Virus record (IMG/VR): IMGVR_UViG_3300021093_003900 | Coordinates: 32,001-96,000 of that record | DNA from: a virus | Strand: one strand, 5' to 3' | Length of the DNA: 64,000 bases | Shown: positions 60,583 through 64,000 of the stretch, one piece after another | Layout of the letters: every line of letters starts with the position of its first letter | Position numbering within the stretch: position 1 is the first letter of the stretch | Program-made: the position numbers and the translations under genes | Notes under the pieces: model-generated | Database searches by the model: none | Told to the model about the DNA's origin: nothing | What the model saw: only the letters and a program-made list of their open reading frames with translations

Positions 60583-60709
60583 TTATAGAGCGTACCTAGT
60601 TGACGAGTTTTATATTCTGAATCAAAGATGTAATGTATCTTATTCAGACTATTTGAAAATGCCAATTTTTTGGAGAAAAAGATTATTGGATAAGATATCC
60701 ACAACATAA
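60566..60709 (+). CDS. +1-frame extension (gpT-like) of the tail chaperone
   Basis: FVYSSDYRAYLVDEFYILNQRCNVSYSDYLKMPIFWRKRLLDKISTT*; overlaps the chaperone stop; no ATG in the first 31 codons. Confidence 0.65.
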   Translation, partial: FVYSSDYRAYLVDEFYILNQRCNVSYSDYLKMPIFWRKRLLDKISTT

Positions 60710-60783
60710 TCTACCAATGAACTTAATAAATATCAAATTACTTATTTAATTTTGTAAATTTAAATATTTATAAAAAAAGATTG

Positions 60784-62727
60784 ATGCAGTCACAACCACC
60801 ACCACCACCCGGACAAGGGAACAGTTTTTTTGATGAACTTCAAAAAAACGTAAAAGACACTTATAATACCATAAATGAAAAACTTAAAGATATTAGGCGT
60901 CAAAACGAACTCCTAGATAAGAGTATTCTGGAAAAAAACGAAGCACTAGCAAAAACTTTTGGTCGTACTCAAGTTGCCGTAAAAGGTCTCCGATTATCGT
61001 TAGTTGAATCATTACCAACCATAACTACTTTGGGGGGTGGTCTTGAAGATGCTTTTAATATAATACATAAGACTTCCGATGAACTTGGAACTAATAGAAT
61101 ATTATTAGGTGAAACCACAAAAGACCTCTACGCTGTACAGAAAGCTTTCGGCTTAGAAGGCTATTATATGGGTACATACTTAAAAAATTTCCATGATGCG
61201 GGTATAGATGTTGGACTTATTAGGGATAGAATGGAAGAAACTTTGAATATTGCAAGATTAGTTGGGGCTAACTCGCACGCAGTGTTTACAAACGTAGCAA
61301 ATAGTTTAGATCAAATTAATAAGTATGGGTTTAAAGATGGTGTTGAAGGGTTATCACGTATGGCCGCCAAAGCAGTATCGATGAGGTTCGATATGTCACA
61401 GATATTTAGTTTCGCGGAAAAAGTTTTTAGTCCAGAAGGAGCAATTGAAGCCGTAGCTACTTTCCAAAGACTAGGTGTTGCCGTTGGTGATTTAGCAGAC
61501 CCTTTTAGACTTATGTACCTTGCATCAGAAGATGTAGAAGGACTTACAGATCAAGTTGTAAAAATGACAAGTAAGTTTTCTTATTTTGATGAAAAAAGCA
61601 AAGAATTCAAAATTTTTCCATACGCAAAAAGAGATATAAGGGATTTAGGAGCACAAATGGGCGCAACTTACGAAGAAATGGTAAAAATGTCTTTCGCACA
61701 AACTAAATTAAATAAATTATCTAGTGAATTTAAATTCAATGCTAATGTAAAAGAAACCGATAAACAATTAATTGCGAATCTTGCACAATACAGTAAAGAA
61801 AAAGGTGATTTTGTTGTTAAGGTCAATCGAGAAGAAAAATTGGTTACTCAACTTAGTGAAGAAGATATTGAAGAATTAAGAGGTAGACCAGAAACAGTGG
61901 AAGACGTTGCCAGAGCCCAACTTGAAGAAAGTGAATTAATCAAAAAGGCAGCAGAGGGTATTTTTGACCTACTGCGAGGAATAACTGTAGGTGCCAAACC
62001 AACACAAGATTTGGCTGAACTTGTAAGAGCCACAAAAGAAGGTGTTAATAAAGCGGCTACTAAAGCGAGCGGAAATGTAAGAGGTGGTATAAAAAAAGTC
62101 GACGAGTTTTACCTTGCCATCTCAAAAAATCTCAAAGCGATAATTGATGACTACAATAAGGGTACTATTAATTTTACAGAGTACATAGACAAAATGCAAA
62201 AAGCTTCAGAATCATACACTGGTAGTCTTGAAGACTTGTCAAAAAGAATTATAGAATATGATTTCCTAAAAAGTATTGATCCAAAAAACAACCCACTTAT
62301 TAGCAAGGATAATTTAATTGCAGGTGCTGTAGATTCAGTGATAACTGAACTGCTAAACGGGGCAAAAAAACTTAATGAGGTTTTCAAAGCCATTAATTTT
62401 AATAGCACCCCTAGTCAACAAACATCGTATCAATCTACACCTTCTATGAATCAGACAACCCCCCCTTTACAAGCTTATGCAGTTATATTGCCGACACCAC
62501 CAAAACAATTACCAACTGAATTTACATCAAATAATCAAAATGTTTCGTTTTCACCAATCAATGGAAACATAGAGTTGAAAGTTGTTACAGAAGACGGAAC
62601 AAAAGTAGATTTAACAAATCAAATTGTGAGTAGTGCTGAGTTCCAAAGAAGAGTCGTATCCCTTATTTCTGAAAGAATGCAAAACCAAAATTACAACAAC
62701 TTACCAAATTCAACAGCAATTTCGTAG
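60784..62727 (+). CDS. Tape-measure-like protein
   Basis: Long helical ORF after the tube and chaperone genes. Confidence 0.65.
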   Translation: MQSQPPPPPGQGNSFFDELQKNVKDTYNTINEKLKDIRRQNELLDKSILEKNEALAKTFGRTQVAVKGLRLSLVESLPTITTLGGGLEDAFNIIHKTSDELGTNRILLGETTKDLYAVQKAFGLEGYYMGTYLKNFHDAGIDVGLIRDRMEETLNIARLVGANSHAVFTNVANSLDQINKYGFKDGVEGLSRMAAKAVSMRFDMSQIFSFAEKVFSPEGAIEAVATFQRLGVAVGDLADPFRLMYLASEDVEGLTDQVVKMTSKFSYFDEKSKEFKIFPYAKRDIRDLGAQMGATYEEMVKMSFAQTKLNKLSSEFKFNANVKETDKQLIANLAQYSKEKGDFVVKVNREEKLVTQLSEEDIEELRGRPETVEDVARAQLEESELIKKAAEGIFDLLRGITVGAKPTQDLAELVRATKEGVNKAATKASGNVRGGIKKVDEFYLAISKNLKAIIDDYNKGTINFTEYIDKMQKASESYTGSLEDLSKRIIEYDFLKSIDPKNNPLISKDNLIAGAVDSVITELLNGAKKLNEVFKAINFNSTPSQQTSYQSTPSMNQTTPPLQAYAVILPTPPKQLPTEFTSNNQNVSFSPINGNIELKVVTEDGTKVDLTNQIVSSAEFQRRVVSLISERMQNQNYNNLPNSTAIS

Positions 62728-62766
62728 AAAAAAATCAAGGGTAGGTATTTATTTATTAAATAAAAT

Positions 62767-64000
62767 ATGCCATCTAGATTAACATTTGATGCGACTTCGG
62801 CAGTAAGGAATAGTTTGTTGACTAGAAACTTGAAACCTTATTATAAACCGGGTGCTTTTGGTTATTCAGTTTCTAATAGACCCGGTCAATATGAACCAAG
62901 TCAATATTCAGTAATTGATTCACCAGATCAATTAATTGATTTAGCCCCATTTGCGGATGGTCTATATTTAACCAATGAATTTGGCCCAGAGGGTGGTTTC
63001 AATAAAGACATAACTGGATTAATTAGTGTTTCACAAAATCCAACAAATAGAGGGCCATATGGGCCGTTTCCCCCATATACAGACGCACTCAAATTATTTT
63101 CCACAACCTTCCAAAAGAAAGGACAGATCAAAAACGAATATTCACCAAGAGATGGTTTCATAAGATATTATGATATTGGTGATATTGTCAAAGTACAAAA
63201 AAATGCAACATACTGGGATCCCCCTAGTTTTAGACCTTCATCGTATTCACCATTTAGTGTCTTATTACAAGAAATCCCAACTGGTTCAAATGGTCCTCTC
63301 ACAGATGACTCTGAATTAGCTAAATTAGGTGTTGAGTTTCTTAAAAAAGCATACCAACAAAGAATAGACCAAAACGTTAGAACAGAAACGTTAGGTCGTG
63401 TTAATATTTTAAACGGATTACAAGATCCAATTAACTTATCATTAATTGTTGCTGGTAAGAGACCTCTTATCTTTAGAGATTACAAAATTACCTCTGGAGG
63501 TGGTAATATTTTATCACAAGGACAAGATATTGTTCAAAGAATAGCTGGATTTACACTACCATTATCACCAATACCCGGTGATTATTTTACTGTTGATAAC
63601 CAAGAAAGAAATATTAACTCAATACAATCATTGGTAAAAGATAGTGATGGTGGAAAAAGAGGGGGTAAATTTGGTTTATTTGGAAGTCGACCAACATCAG
63701 CTTCACAATTATTTTTGGATTATACAGGGGAAGGACAAAGAGCACAATTAACCAATAATTTAGATTATAATAGATATAGACCTAGATATAATACTGGAGG
63801 ACGTGGGGTTATATCTGTACTTGGAGAGGCAATATTTGGTTCACAAGCACAGGACTTGGGTCAAGGTTTATATTATGTTGGATCTCCAGACAGAGAACCA
63901 ATTTATCTTAATTCACCACCGGGTGTAGTACCAATTAACGAATTTGATGAACAAATTTTAGCACCAGTATATGGTCCAGACGTTTTAGGTAAAGAATATG
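62767..64000 (+). CDS. Large putative tail/baseplate protein, 3'-partial (not in the ORF track)
   Basis: ATG at 62767 starts MPSRLTFDATSAVRNSLLTRNLKPYY...; the frame appears open to the window end; TATTTAT upstream. Confidence 0.7.
   Translation, partial: MPSRLTFDATSAVRNSLLTRNLKPYYKPGAFGYSVSNRPGQYEPSQYSVIDSPDQLIDLAPFADGLYLTNEFGPEGGFNKDITGLISVSQNPTNRGPYGPFPPYTDALKLFSTTFQKKGQIKNEYSPRDGFIRYYDIGDIVKVQKNATYWDPPSFRPSSYSPFSVLLQEIPTGSNGPLTDDSELAKLGVEFLKKAYQQRIDQNVRTETLGRVNILNGLQDPINLSLIVAGKRPLIFRDYKITSGGGNILSQGQDIVQRIAGFTLPLSPIPGDYFTVDNQERNINSIQSLVKDSDGGKRGGKFGLFGSRPTSASQLFLDYTGEGQRAQLTNNLDYNRYRPRYNTGGRGVISVLGEAIFGSQAQDLGQGLYYVGSPDREPIYLNSPPGVVPINEFDEQILAPVYGPDVLGKEY

Noticed and set aside
1-64000. 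Stop-codon reassignment as seen in some large phages
   Set aside because: Genes are full length in the standard code, and TAA, TAG and TGA all end genes at sensible positions.
1-64000. tRNA or rRNA genes
   Set aside because: Intergenic gaps are short and AT-rich and no cloverleaf was recognised by eye; a tRNAscan run would confirm.

Overview
This AT-rich 64-kb window comes from a large T4-like myovirus (jumbo-phage type) and reads in the standard genetic code. It holds a head module: intein-containing portal, gp21-like protease, acidic scaffold and gp23-like major capsid protein, with an opposite-strand ribosomal protein bS21 gene inside it. It also encodes a gp5/gpV-like spike, a gp55-like late sigma factor, DNA polymerase B, an SNF2 helicase, Fe/Mn SOD, and neck, sheath, tube, chaperone and tape-measure genes. 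About 23 kb in two blocks encodes glycan biosynthesis. A Bacteroidota host is suggested by TTG-N19/20-TAnnTTTG promoters, A-rich leaders without Shine-Dalgarno sequences, a Bacteroidota-type bS21 and a DUF4494-like gene. The most notable signals are: (1) a glycosyltransferase gene interrupted by an 11-nt gap with matched codons (GGT-TAA-CTAAA-GGT) behind a long leader hairpin, a candidate for programmed ribosomal bypassing; (2) a +1 frameshift candidate (TTT-TTT-CGT) in the tail-assembly chaperone upstream of the tape measure; (3) a possible mucin-type virion O-glycosylation pathway, with a GT60-like priming enzyme next to Thr/Pro-repeat proteins; (4) a recurring TATTTAT late-promoter-like motif, often only 4-5 nt from the ATG. 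All product calls come from motif recognition by eye; no database searches were run.
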